This document shows, piece by piece, positions 1 to 10,269 of a stretch of DNA of 32,000 bases (within the stretch, counting starts at the first letter, position 1; every line of letters begins with the position of its first letter). The notes under the pieces are model-generated. The model saw nothing but the letters and a program-made list of their open reading frames with translations. It was not told the DNA's origin and did no database searches. The stretch is from Zygophlyctis sp. KS116 (Eukaryota; Fungi; Chytridiomycota), in the NCBI GenBank assembly GCA_054661495.1, contig BAAFSQ010000001.1, positions 60,001 through 92,000 of the forward strand, given 5' to 3'. The position numbers and the translations under genes are program-made.

Positions 1-952
1 TTGTTTATTGTCATTAGACACTAGAAACATCCAGTGATTTGGTAGAATATCAATCAGTTGTGGATTTGTTTTGATAAGATTGAAAATTCCTCTTGGATGA
101 AGCTTTGAAAATCGTTCATTTTCCATCAATAGATTCGGAATCACTGAAATATCTTCTATTCCATTCAAACATTCAAAAGAATAATGCATTATTAAATCAA
201 AAATCCCATCAATTCTAATTTTTAAAAGTTTAAGAATCTTACAAAATCACTCCATAGATTGGCGGTAAAATTAGATTTTTAATGATCAATGAATGCATTG
301 AATTGAAAATCGAGTCTAGAATTGAATGCATTGCTATATGCGCACCAGTCTCTACGCCCAATATGTAAATCCTAGAGACATCTCCACCAAATTGTCCGAC
401 ATTTGCATTCACCCATTGTAAACATTTTAAAAAATCAGTGGCCATTTCAAATAATTTCCCATGAGAGACTGATGTAAAATCTGGAATTATGACAACATAA
501 CCTCTAGACTCTATAATCTTTGCCCATTTTTCCCATTTCCTCTTATCCAATGTCGACCAATTTCGTGAATAAAATAGTATAATAATAGGTTTAAGCGATT
601 GATAAGATTCTGTGTAATAAATATCAAGAGTTCTTTTATAATTATTTCTTCCATCGTAAAAGACATCATTCACAACGTTACAATTGGAATTTATATTAGA
701 TTTTATGGATGATCGTGTAAAATATTTTAATTGACTTGCTGAATATTGCAGTATTTTTATATTCTTTACGGGAGACATGGAAAACCCCGGAAGAACCGAC
801 GACCAAGGTGTCCAAAACATTATGCACATCCATCCCAACATTGTAATAAAAATAGATAGTGGGAATAGTAAATATTTCATTGGCCAAAACCCATAAACTC
901 TTGCTAATGCATGCAGTATTTTATCAGTCATACATTGAAACATTGAAAGCAT
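1..952 (-). CDS. Alpha/beta-hydrolase of the prenylcysteine methylesterase (ICME)/carboxylesterase type, probably catalytically inactive; 3' end runs off the window
   Basis: Motifs TLDIY, RGYVVIIPDF and WVNANVGQFGGDVSRIYILG..GAHIA, plus an N-terminal hydrophobic segment ending VLPGF. A 28-nt GT-AG intron at 215-242 restores the frame (..GVIL|IDGIFDL..), open to base 1. Start uncertain (ATG 952); a possible in-frame 30-nt intron at 904-933. Confidence 0.7.
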
Positions 953-1158
953 AGCCAGTAATCTTTTGCTGCTTTGCTCTTGCTCGGAACAAAATTTCAC
1001 CGCGCAAAATGTAATCACTCATGATTAAAAGGTTAATAATTATAATGAATTTTTTGTAAATAATTCAACATAGAATCTAGTTTAGGATTGAAACATATCA
1101 GATTGAAATCAATAACACAAGATCAGATCAATTGCGCGTGTCGCGGTCAAGGTTTACA

Positions 1159-1725
1159 ATGGCGAAAATGCCACAATCAACTGCATTTAAGCAGGCAGAA
1201 TCATCAAAATGTCAAGATGATATATTAAGAAATCTACTGGATAGATTAAATTCAATCGTTGCTCAGAAAACTCCATTTAAAAAAGGTTCTTTACCATCAG
1301 GAATCGCTAATCAATTGTATAATATTCTCATAAAGGAAAATTCAGACAATTGGACTCTTGATAAGAAATCTACTAGGAAAAGACTGACTCAACTTTACAA
1401 GGAAAGAGTCATCACTCTAGAAAGAGATGCTCCAGTGTCTCCAACTTTAAGAATTTCTAAAAAGAATACAAGAGAGGAGCTCTTGACTCTTACTCCAAGA
1501 AGATTATTTCAAGATTTTGCTAGGGAAACTCACCATTCTGAAGAAGTTAGAGTTCCTTTAGGATCTCTTTTATCTCCAGAAATTAAATCAGACTCTGATG
1601 ATTTTCAAGTTTCAAATTCTCTAATGAAAACTTATACTAAAGTAATGAAGAAACTCTCTGACAAACCTGTATTAGATTTAAGGCCTACAACAACTAGAAA
1701 AACACGTTCTCAAACAAAACTATAA
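1159..1725 (+). CDS. Hypothetical basic protein with several S/T-P-x-K/R (CDK-like) sites
   Basis: Intronless 188-aa ORF from ATG 1159. No family recognised. Confidence 0.55.
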   Translation: MAKMPQSTAFKQAESSKCQDDILRNLLDRLNSIVAQKTPFKKGSLPSGIANQLYNILIKENSDNWTLDKKSTRKRLTQLYKERVITLERDAPVSPTLRISKKNTREELLTLTPRRLFQDFARETHHSEEVRVPLGSLLSPEIKSDSDDFQVSNSLMKTYTKVMKKLSDKPVLDLRPTTTRKTRSQTKL

Positions 1726-2058
1726 ACTTTTGTATTTTAGCGCTTCCAATTCTACTTGTGTATCTAGGAATTCATCAAAATCATTTGTATCTTGTAGTTT
1801 TTGTAAAAGATCTTGTTTTAGAGTTTCAGACTCATCTATTAATGTACTTGAGCTTTTAGAAAGTATTGGATCAGACATGACACGTTGAGTTGATAAAGAT
1901 TTTTTGGAACGTTGTTTTCTTGGTGGTTTGGAGAGACCAGAGAGTTTATAGAGTGAGACAATACTGACTCTCAGGACGATAAGAAACAAGAAAAAATTGA
2001 GTGCTGAGCCAAGGCTGTAAGTAGAGAGTAGGTCTGATACCAAGAAAAAATTTTGCAT
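1720..2058 (-). CDS. Hypothetical small single-pass membrane protein
   Basis: 112-aa ORF with an A-rich ATG context, a hydrophobic stretch (ALNFFLFLIVLRVSIVSLY), then basic and acidic tails. It overlaps the convergent ORF by 6 nt. Confidence 0.5.
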   Translation of the reverse strand: MQNFFLVSDLLSTYSLGSALNFFLFLIVLRVSIVSLYKLSGLSKPPRKQRSKKSLSTQRVMSDPILSKSSSTLIDESETLKQDLLQKLQDTNDFDEFLDTQVELEALKYKSL

Positions 2059-2273
2059 TTTTCTTTACGGAATTTCGACGGCCTTTTTGTACCGCTGTTT
2101 CGGCTTATGGCAGATTTGTTAGAATGGGAGCTGACCAAATATTAAAAAATAGGAATGATCTCATTAGATTGAAGCATTAACGTGGAAATCGGAAATGTTT
2201 GAAATTAATGATTTAATTGATAAGCATCAATTTCTGGGTTTGAGAAAGCCTTTAAACCGACATCTTCAAAAAA

Positions 2274-3907
2274 ATGACAAACGCCGTTGGAATTGATTTG
2301 GGAACTACCTACTCTTGTGTTGGAGTCTGGCAAAATGATCGAGTCGAAATTATTGCAAACGATCAGGGAAATCGTACTACTCCATCTTATGTTGCTTTTA
2401 CTGATTCTGAAAGATTGATTGGAGATGCTGCTAAAAATCGGGTTTCCATTAATCCTCACAATACTGTTTTTGATGCTAAACGTCTTATCGGAAGACGCTT
2501 TGATGCTCCAGAAGTGCAATCTGACATGAAGCACTGGCCATTCAAGGTTATCAACAAGGATAATGAACCTGTCATTCAAGTATGAAAACTTTAGTGTAAA
2601 CGAAAAAGGTGAAATATAAGGGGGAAGTAAAGAACTTTACCCCAGAACAAATCTCATCAATGGTTTTATTGAAGATGAAGGAAACTGCAGAAGCCTATTT
2701 GGGAGGAACTGTAAAAGATGCAGTTATAACTGTTCCTGCTTACTTTAATTACTCTCAAATACAAGCCACAAAAGATGCAGGTAAACTTGCTGGATTAAAT
2801 TTCCTGCGTATAATTAATGAAGCTTCGGCTGCAGCTATTGCCTATGGTTTAGATAAGAAGGGATCTGGAAAACAAAATGTCTTGATTTTCGATTTGGGTG
2901 GTGGTACATTAGACGTCTCTATCTTGACTATTGAGGATGGTAATTTTGAAGTTAAGGCGACTGCTGGTGATACTCATTTAGGAGGTGTCGACTTTGACAA
3001 CCGATTAGTGTCTCAGTTTTGTCAAGAGTTTGGGAGAAAATTCAAAAAAGATATATCCTCTGATCCAAGAGCATTGCGAAGATTGAGAACTGCTTGTGAA
3101 AAGGCAAAGCGCACTCTCTCTTCTGCTACCCAGACATCTATTGTAGTAGATTCTCTCTTTGAAGGAATTGATTTTTATACTTCTATCACTCGTGCCCGTT
3201 TCGAAGAGCTTTGTGCAGATTTATTCAATGAAATTCTTGCGCCGATTGAAAAAGTTCTTGGTGACTCCGAACTTGAGAAGTCTACTATCAGTGAAATAGT
3301 ATTAGTAGGAGGCTCTTCTCGTATTCCAAAGATCCGAAAATTGGTATCTTATTTCTTCAATGAAAAGGAACTTAATATGTCTATTAATCCTGATGAAGCC
3401 GTTGCATACGGTGCAGCAGTTCAAGCTGCTTTATCCACTTATGATCGTACTGTAAAGACACACGACCTGCATTTGTTGGATGTTGGTACTCTCTCTTTAG
3501 GGATTGTAACTGCTGGTGGAGTCATGACACGTCTAATTAGGAGAAATACAACTGTTCCAACCCCATATTCTAAAGTCTTTCCCACATATACCAATAACCA
3601 GCCTGTTATGCAAATTCAAGTTTACGAAGGCAAAGGTGAGAATCTAAACGAAGTAAATGTTTTGGGTGTGTTTCAATTGTCTGGAAATCCCCCTGCTTTA
3701 TGTGGTTCTCATGTAGAGGTTATAATCATGGTTTTAGGCGACAAAACTCTTACAATTTCTGCTACTAATTGTAATACTGGTGAGCCACTCAAAGTTTCTG
3801 CTATCGGTCATACCAATATTCGCTCATCGACTGCTGTTAATGTTGGAAAGAAAGGGCAGTCAAAAAATACCAAATCTTCCACTAGTCAGTCGAAGCGAAA
3901 ACGGTGA
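2274..3907 (+). CDS. Divergent, C-terminally truncated cytosolic-type Hsp70 (534 aa)
   Basis: Motifs [37 protein letters not shown] and [15 protein letters not shown]. The 29-nt intron at 2580-2608 joins IQ|VKYKGE. There is no helical lid and no EEVD. Confidence 0.9.
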
Positions 3908-4013
3908 TTGATCGAGTCTAATAAATGGACTGAATTTTTGATGAATTCTCTTTGAAACGACTGAGCTGCATTGAGAACCTAGGAAAAAGTAAATATTTGA
4001 CGGTCGCCATATA

Positions 4014-5216
4014 ATGCTTCATGATCTACCGTTGGAAATTAAATGGGAGATTTTAAAATATTTGTGTTTAAAGTCTGCTTGTTGCTTTTGTGTATTTCTT
4101 GGAATAGATCTTGTGTATGCTTACCAATACCATAATTTTGAACCAACTACTGATATTACCAGTACAAATAGCACAGATAGAGATCATGTTTTAGAAATGA
4201 TCAAATTGATTACCAATGATAATCCTCATTACTTTAATGGACTACGCAAAAATAAAGGTTTTCAGAGTCTAGTGCCTCAGTCTCAAATCCTGGAATACGT
4301 CTCTTTACAAGGATATCTTGAAATTCTACAAGAGTTATGCAAAACTATAGATCCTTCAATTCAAAATAATATTTGTCTTATCACAGCTTCAGAAAATGGA
4401 CATTATTCCCTGGTAGTAGAATTATTAAGAGACTCTAGAGTTGATCCATCAGCTCTATGCAACAAATCTCTTCGCCTAGCTTGTAAAAATGGACATTTGA
4501 AGATTATAAATTGTCTATTAAAAGATGATCGAGTAAATCCTTCTGACTTGGATAATTCAGCAATTCAAATAGCTTGTGAATATGGAAATTTTGATATTTT
4601 GAATAGATTACTAAAAGATTCTAGAGTGGATCCCTCTGATCTAGACAACATGTGTCTAAAATTAGCTTGTGAATATGGACATTTAGAAATTCTAAAAGAA
4701 TTACTAAAGGATTCTAGAGTAGATCCATCTGTAGATGATAGTTTATCTTGTCAATTAGCATGTAAGAATGGCCATTTAGAAATTCTAAAAGAATTATTAA
4801 AAGATGGTAGAGTAGATCCTTCATCAAATGAAAATGATGCATTACAAGCAGCATGTGAAAATGATTATCTAGAAATTCTAAATCTATTACTATTAGATTC
4901 AAGAGTAGATCCATCTGCTCAAGATAATATGGCTATTCAAATTGCATCTGAATTTGGAAATTTGGATATTTTAAATAGACTATTAAAAGATTCTAGAGTA
5001 GATCCATCTGATGATGATAATGAAGCAATTAAATTAGCTGCAAAGAATGGAAATTTAGAAATTCTAAAAGTATTATTAAAAGATTCTAGAGTAGATCCTT
5101 CAGCAGATGATAATTATGCATACAATAGAGCAAAAAAGAATGGATACACGGCAATTACAAAAATTCTTTCTAGTAATGTTGATGTTCGGACAAGACTCGA
5201 GCAATCTAGCGATTAA
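4014..5216 (+). CDS. Ankyrin-repeat protein (DSRVDPS type) with an N-terminal F-box-like motif
   Basis: Intronless 400-aa ORF beginning LHDLPLEIKWEILKYL, with about nine 31-aa repeats of the form DSRVDPS..N..(I/L)..A..NGHLEI...LL. Confidence 0.85.
   Translation: MLHDLPLEIKWEILKYLCLKSACCFCVFLGIDLVYAYQYHNFEPTTDITSTNSTDRDHVLEMIKLITNDNPHYFNGLRKNKGFQSLVPQSQILEYVSLQGYLEILQELCKTIDPSIQNNICLITASENGHYSLVVELLRDSRVDPSALCNKSLRLACKNGHLKIINCLLKDDRVNPSDLDNSAIQIACEYGNFDILNRLLKDSRVDPSDLDNMCLKLACEYGHLEILKELLKDSRVDPSVDDSLSCQLACKNGHLEILKELLKDGRVDPSSNENDALQAACENDYLEILNLLLLDSRVDPSAQDNMAIQIASEFGNLDILNRLLKDSRVDPSDDDNEAIKLAAKNGNLEILKVLLKDSRVDPSADDNYAYNRAKKNGYTAITKILSSNVDVRTRLEQSSD
4431..5174 (+). repeat. Coding tandem repeat, exact 93-nt period, 8 units
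   Basis: GATTCTAGAGTAGATCC-like cores start at 4431, 4524, 4617, 4710, 4803, 4896, 4989 and 5082. Confidence 0.9.
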
Positions 5217-5298
5217 TATAGGCTACGGCCTGGGACATATTAAAGTCATGTGGCGGCTGGAGGCGTTTGTTTTAAAAAAAAAGAAAAAAAATTGAAAA

Positions 5299-7021
5299 AT
5301 GACAGAAGCAGTTGTTTTAGGAGTTGAGAAAGAAGAGACTTTCCCCATTGTTGAAGAAGAAAATATTAGTATGATGACAAGTTCTACATCTCCTGCTGAT
5401 GAAAAGTTATCCATTATTGTCAATGGAACTGATGAATCTTGTTCCAGCTTTCCATCCACAAAAGAACTTCAGCATACAATAGCTGAAGATTGTATCCAAC
5501 AAGATGAAATTTCCGAGTCTGTTATTGAAGAGTCTTCAGTTGTAAAGGTGGATAATTCTTTTCCTTCCTATAGTAATCTCAAAAGTTCCAGTCCTACGGC
5601 CGATAGAGTTCCTTCCACTCCTGTGATTACTCAAGCACATGTACCACAAAATCCAATTGCTGTTCCACAGAAATCGGACTCAGTATATGCTTTTCATCCA
5701 GAACATGCAGTTACTTTTACTACTACTGATGAAATGTTGATGTCTCTCCCACTTGGATCCCGGTTGTTTTTAGGAAGATTAGCAACTGAAAAAACTGATA
5801 GGAATGAATTGGCTTTGATTTTTGCAAAATATGGACCCATTCATGAGATATCCATGAAGAATACCTTTGGTTTTATTCAATACGCTTCAGCAGAAGCATG
5901 TCAAGCTGCTATTTTACATGAACAAGGTAGAGTAATTGGAGGTTTAAGTGTTGGTATGATTTATTAATTTAATTTTTTTAGATTTAAATGTCAGTAAAGA
6001 TAAGCCAAGAAAGGGTCAAGCTGGCTCAGATCAGCGAAAAGAGCAACAACGAAGAAATTTACGAGATTTTGACCGACCTGATAGACGTGATAATAGATCT
6101 CGTCCTTATCAAAGAAGGGTTTCCAGGTCCAGATCCCCAAGTCCGTATCGTCGGGATAGAGATCGTAGTCGGTCCTCTCGTTATGATGATTCCAGAGATT
6201 CTAGACGTTCTAATGATGTCAATTCTCTTCCTCGTCGTTATGGTTCCTCTGTCCCTCTCATACAATTTGTGATTTTAGGTGATGTTGAAAGAAGTTATTT
6301 GTCGCAAGTTGAGAACGTATTTAGTCGTTCAGGTCTAAGCTTTGATGCTATGCATTTAGGCCCAAAAATGAATTTAGGAGGAGCTGTTGCTCAACTCAAA
6401 TCAGAAGGTGTGAAAGCCATTGTATTCTTAAACAAACAATTAGAAAGATCTGGAAGAGTTGCAATGCAGCATTTTAAGTCAAATGGCCAAGTACAGGAAT
6501 ATGAGTCCATTCTCCCTGATGCCGCTATTGAAATTTATAATCGCGAATCTAGAGAAGATGGTGCTGGATTGGCTTCCATGATTGCAGGATTAGCATCTGC
6601 CGCCCAGTCCCAAGGACAGATTTTAGATCCCAATACTATTGCAGCTCTTGCATCCTATGCCCAAGGTGGACAGACTCAAATTCCCCAACAAGGCATGTAT
6701 GGATCCAATGTACCCAAGATTGGGAATTATCAAGCTCCAAATTATCAAATGCCTTCAGTCTCGCAGCCTGTAAATCCCAATTTAGCTGCAATCCTTTCTT
6801 CTTTAGGAGGTGTTCAACAACAAAATTATCCCATGATGGGATACTCTCAACCTCCATCTTTACCATCTTATCCTACTTCAGGCTACAGATCTGCCGCTCC
6901 AATTATGAATAAGCCCATATCTATGCAGCCCCAGGCCCCACAATCTGCACCTCCTAAAACTGATTCAGTAGCAGATATTCTAAGTAGACTCAAGAATTTA
7001 GCAGATATGCAAAAGAGATGA
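5299..7021 (+). CDS. RRM protein of Nab3/NCOA5-like architecture (RRM, RS/RD-rich region, alpha/beta domain, Q/P-rich tail)
   Basis: RNP2 RLFLGRL and RNP1 FGFIQY. The 28-nt intron at 5954-5981 leads into an RSRSPSPYRRDRDRSR region that is continuous with the 6269-7021 ORF. Confidence 0.8.
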
Positions 7022-7047
7022 TTTCTAAAGAATTTATTAAGTATACT

Positions 7048-7475
7048 TTAGAACCCATAGTTTAAACGAAATATATCTGTTGAATGAGAATTAAAAAAAT
7101 TACCGTTAAACACAAAATACGATCCTCCTTCTGGAATCAATTGAAACACCTGAGTAAATTGCTGAGGATTCTGTTCATCATCAACCAATAGTCTTCCAGT
7201 GACTGTTACAATCAATGGTCCCTGAGTTGGATTACTTGGCTGAGCGTCAATCGTTGTCACTGCATGTTGTACTTTTTGAAATGGAAGAGCCGATAACTTA
7301 TCCACGATTGCCTTTACACCTTGAAATTGGTTTCCCTCAAACGTCAACATTGACATATCTCTCTACTATTAAGTATATCATTTACATAAAGCGGACTTAA
7401 TTCAGCTCTGCTTCTATCAAAGGTTGCATAGTAATAATCAACAAAAGCTTTAGCAATAGATTGTAGATCGCTCAT
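7048..7475 (-). CDS. NTF2: Nuclear transport factor 2
   Basis: [39 protein letters not shown] and [13 protein letters not shown] after removing introns 7363-7385 (23 nt) and 7077-7103 (27 nt). Confidence 0.95.
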
Positions 7476-7516
7476 TAGAAAATTCAAGACTTTGCCTGGC
7501 CATAAATCTTGACCCC

Positions 7517-9024
7517 ATGGTTCAAAATCCATTTGTCAATAGATTTATTAGGAAATTAGAGTTTCTTGAAGGGCGATCTCTCTACCGATTGGATTACTGT
7601 TGCATTAATACAAAAAGACTATACCAAAGTGTTTTTATAGGATTCAGATCGCTAGAATTAACTTTAATATTTTTACCGCCGATGATGATGTTTCCAATCA
7701 GAAATTACATTCGAGAGTCTTGGAATTCAATTTTTAAAAAATCTCTCATGAATGCTGGTCCTGTTTTTGTTAAATTGGGTCAATGGATGTCTACCAGAAG
7801 AGATCTTTATGATCAACGGCTGATTGAAACGTTATCTACTTTAACTACAGATTCTAAAGTGCATTCATTTGATGACTCTAAAATACAAATTGGTCTATTA
7901 ATGCCATTGATGGAATTTAAAAATATTGATCCTGAACCAGTCGGTACTCTTAATTTTTAAAATTATAGGATCTGGGGCGATTGCTCAAGTACATTTAGGA
8001 CGTTTGAAAAATAATGAATTAGTGGCAATTAAAGTATTACATCCAAATATTCAAAAATTATTAGAAACGGATTGTAAGTTTTAGAATTCTTAATTTAATA
8101 GTAGGATTTCTGACATGGATTGGAGGAATAGGACAATTAATTCCAGCTTTTAGTACGTTTGATGTTGAACAAGAACTCAAAACTTTTACTAAAATGATGA
8201 AAGATCAGGTAGATTTAAGGATTGAACACGATAATTTAATCAAGTTTGCTCAAAACTTTTCAAATATTGATCAAATCAACTTTCCTGTACCTATTAAAAG
8301 TAATAGAAATGTTTTAATAGAAACATTTGCTCATGGAATTCACTTGAAAGATATTATTCAACTTAAATCTACACCTTTTAATGATGAAATTGTACAATTA
8401 GGTCTCAAGACTGTAGCAAAGATGATGTTACAAGATAACTTTCTTCATGCAGATTTACATCCTGGAAATATTCTTGTTTCTTTTGTTCATGAATCAAAAG
8501 GTGCAAGGTCTATTTCTAGTGACTTTTATAAAACTTTTGAATCTTGTCACCTTTTAAAACGGGTAGAAATACTGAAATCCTTGAAAGATGAAGGATATTC
8601 ACCAAATTTTGTTGTTCTTGATGCGGGATTAGTAACACAACTTTCTGATAAACAGTTCTCGTCTCTTGTAAATGTGACTAATGCTGCACTTAATTCTGAT
8701 GCTAGGAAAATGGCTGATATTTTTGTTTCTGAATCTAAAAATCCTAAAGGTGTTTTAGATCAGGAATCTCTAGTCTTAAAACTAGAAAAAATATTGGATA
8801 GGATCTCTTTAGAAGACTCTGGAACTCTACTATTTTCTCAATTGGATTCTGCAAAGGTTGTCGGATCATTTATAGATCTGGTTCGTGATCATAATCTGCG
8901 GCTTTATGGAGAATATATTGGACTTTTAGTATCATGTTTAACTGTTGAAGGAATTGGAAGAACATTGGTGCAGAATGATTTTGATCTTTTACCATTGCTG
9001 TCCGAAGCTGTTTGTGGAGACTAA
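7517..9024 (+). CDS. ABC1/UbiB atypical kinase (ADCK2/Ypl109c-like)
   Basis: Motifs AGPVFVKLGQWMSTRRDL, PVGSGAIAQVH, VAIKVLHP, DNFLHADLHPGNILV and LDAGLV. Introns 7944-7968 (25 nt) and 8074-8101 (28 nt). Confidence 0.9.
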
Positions 9025-9102
9025 AGATTTGATCTCGTGTAGGTGTGAAATCCCACGTTTTCTCTTCAGTTTAGGCTTGTAATCGCACGTTTTCTCAATT
9101 CA

Positions 9103-10193
9103 ATGTCTGAAAAATCATCTTCAATGGCACTGTCAATTTTCCAAAAATACTTATCGTTATGGATCTTGCTCTCAATGATCGTTGGAGTACTTTTAGGATA
9201 TTATATTCCTGGTCTGGCACATCAACTTGACTCTGCAACGGTTGCGTCAGTGTCAATCCCTATTGCTGTTTTATTATGTATATATACGATCTAATTCGCA
9301 TAGGGGGAATGATACTTCCAATGATGATCCAAATAGATTTTAATAGCGTTTTAGGAATTTTGAAGGCGCCAATTCCAATTTTATTATGTGCAGTGATCAG
9401 TTTTGGAATTGTTCCCTTTACTAATTATGGAATAGGACTATTATTCTTTAAAAAAGTCTTTGTTGGACTTGGAGAAGTAAAATCAAATGAGTTTCTAATG
9501 GGAACCATTCTCTTAGCTGGAGCTCCATGCACTGCAATGGTATTTGTTTGGTCAGTTCTCTTACAAGGAGATCCAGCTTATACTCTTACTCAAGTTGCAG
9601 CAAATAATATTCTTTTACTAATCTTGTATGCTCCAACTACAAAACTTTTAGGAGCATTTACCTCATTTTACCTTCCATGGGATACCCTGTTAATATCTAT
9701 TGGCTTCTTTGTTGCAATACCATTAGTACTGGGAGTTATTATCAGAAAAGTTGCTTCACTTAAAGAATCTTGGAATACATGGCTTAATAACGTCTTTATC
9801 CCAATCTTGGATCGTTCAAGTATGGTATTTTTAGTATTAATGGTGATTTTAATTTTTATATCTCAAGCTTCCTCTTTAGTGGGTAATGTAATCGATATTT
9901 TAATTATATCTGTTCCACTTTTATTGCAAACTGGACTTATATGGTCATTATCTTTTTCATTATTCTACATGTTGAAGATTCCTTATAAAATATCAGCACC
10001 AGCAAGTTTGATTGCCAGTTCAAACTTTTTTGAAATGGCAGTTGCAGTGTCTGTGGCACTTTTTGGAGCCAGATCTAATGTGACACTTGCTACAGTGGTA
10101 GGAGTATTGATTGAAGTTCCTGTAATGTTGGGATTAGTAAGATTATGTGGATATTTCAAGTACGAGACTGATGCTCAGGATATTGAATTGTAA
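9103..10193 (+). CDS. ACR3: Acr3-family arsenite efflux transporter
   Basis: Motifs [19 protein letters not shown] (after intron 9278-9303, 26 nt), [36 protein letters not shown] and [15 protein letters not shown]. Confidence 0.92.
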
Positions 10194-10269
10194 TACTTTA
10201 CCAATCAAGAAATATATATATTATAGAGTTGAGTTTGGATATGAGTGGCGTGGGGTGTGTTTTACATTT

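Noticed and set aside
696-1022. Alternative 5' gene model using ATG 1022 and the 696-887 frame with two introns
   Set aside because: It is formally spliceable, but the other frame encodes the TM segment and LPGF motif expected for the family. RNA data are needed to exclude it fully.
1159-1725. CENP-T-like identity from the TPRRL motif
   Set aside because: There is no C-terminal histone fold and the motif is too short to support the call.
2066-2110. GGAATTTCG and TTCGGCTTAT words resembling the RNase P/MRP P4 strands
   Set aside because: They are only about 30 nt apart, too close for the RNA core. This is more likely promoter sequence.
2205-2579. 124-aa antisense ORF over Hsp70
   Set aside because: Antisense open frames are a known by-product of Hsp70 codon patterns and there is no independent evidence for this one.
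4431-5174. CRISPR-like repeat-spacer array
   Set aside because: The repeats are in-frame ankyrin units in a eukaryotic gene and no cas genes are present.
2274-5216. Endogenous giant-virus insertion (Hsp70 plus ankyrin gene)
   Set aside because: There are no viral hallmark genes or boundary repeats, and the Hsp70 carries a host-type micro-intron.
5988-6272. Separate short ORFs on both strands
   Set aside because: They are shadow frames of the RS-rich second exon of the RRM gene.
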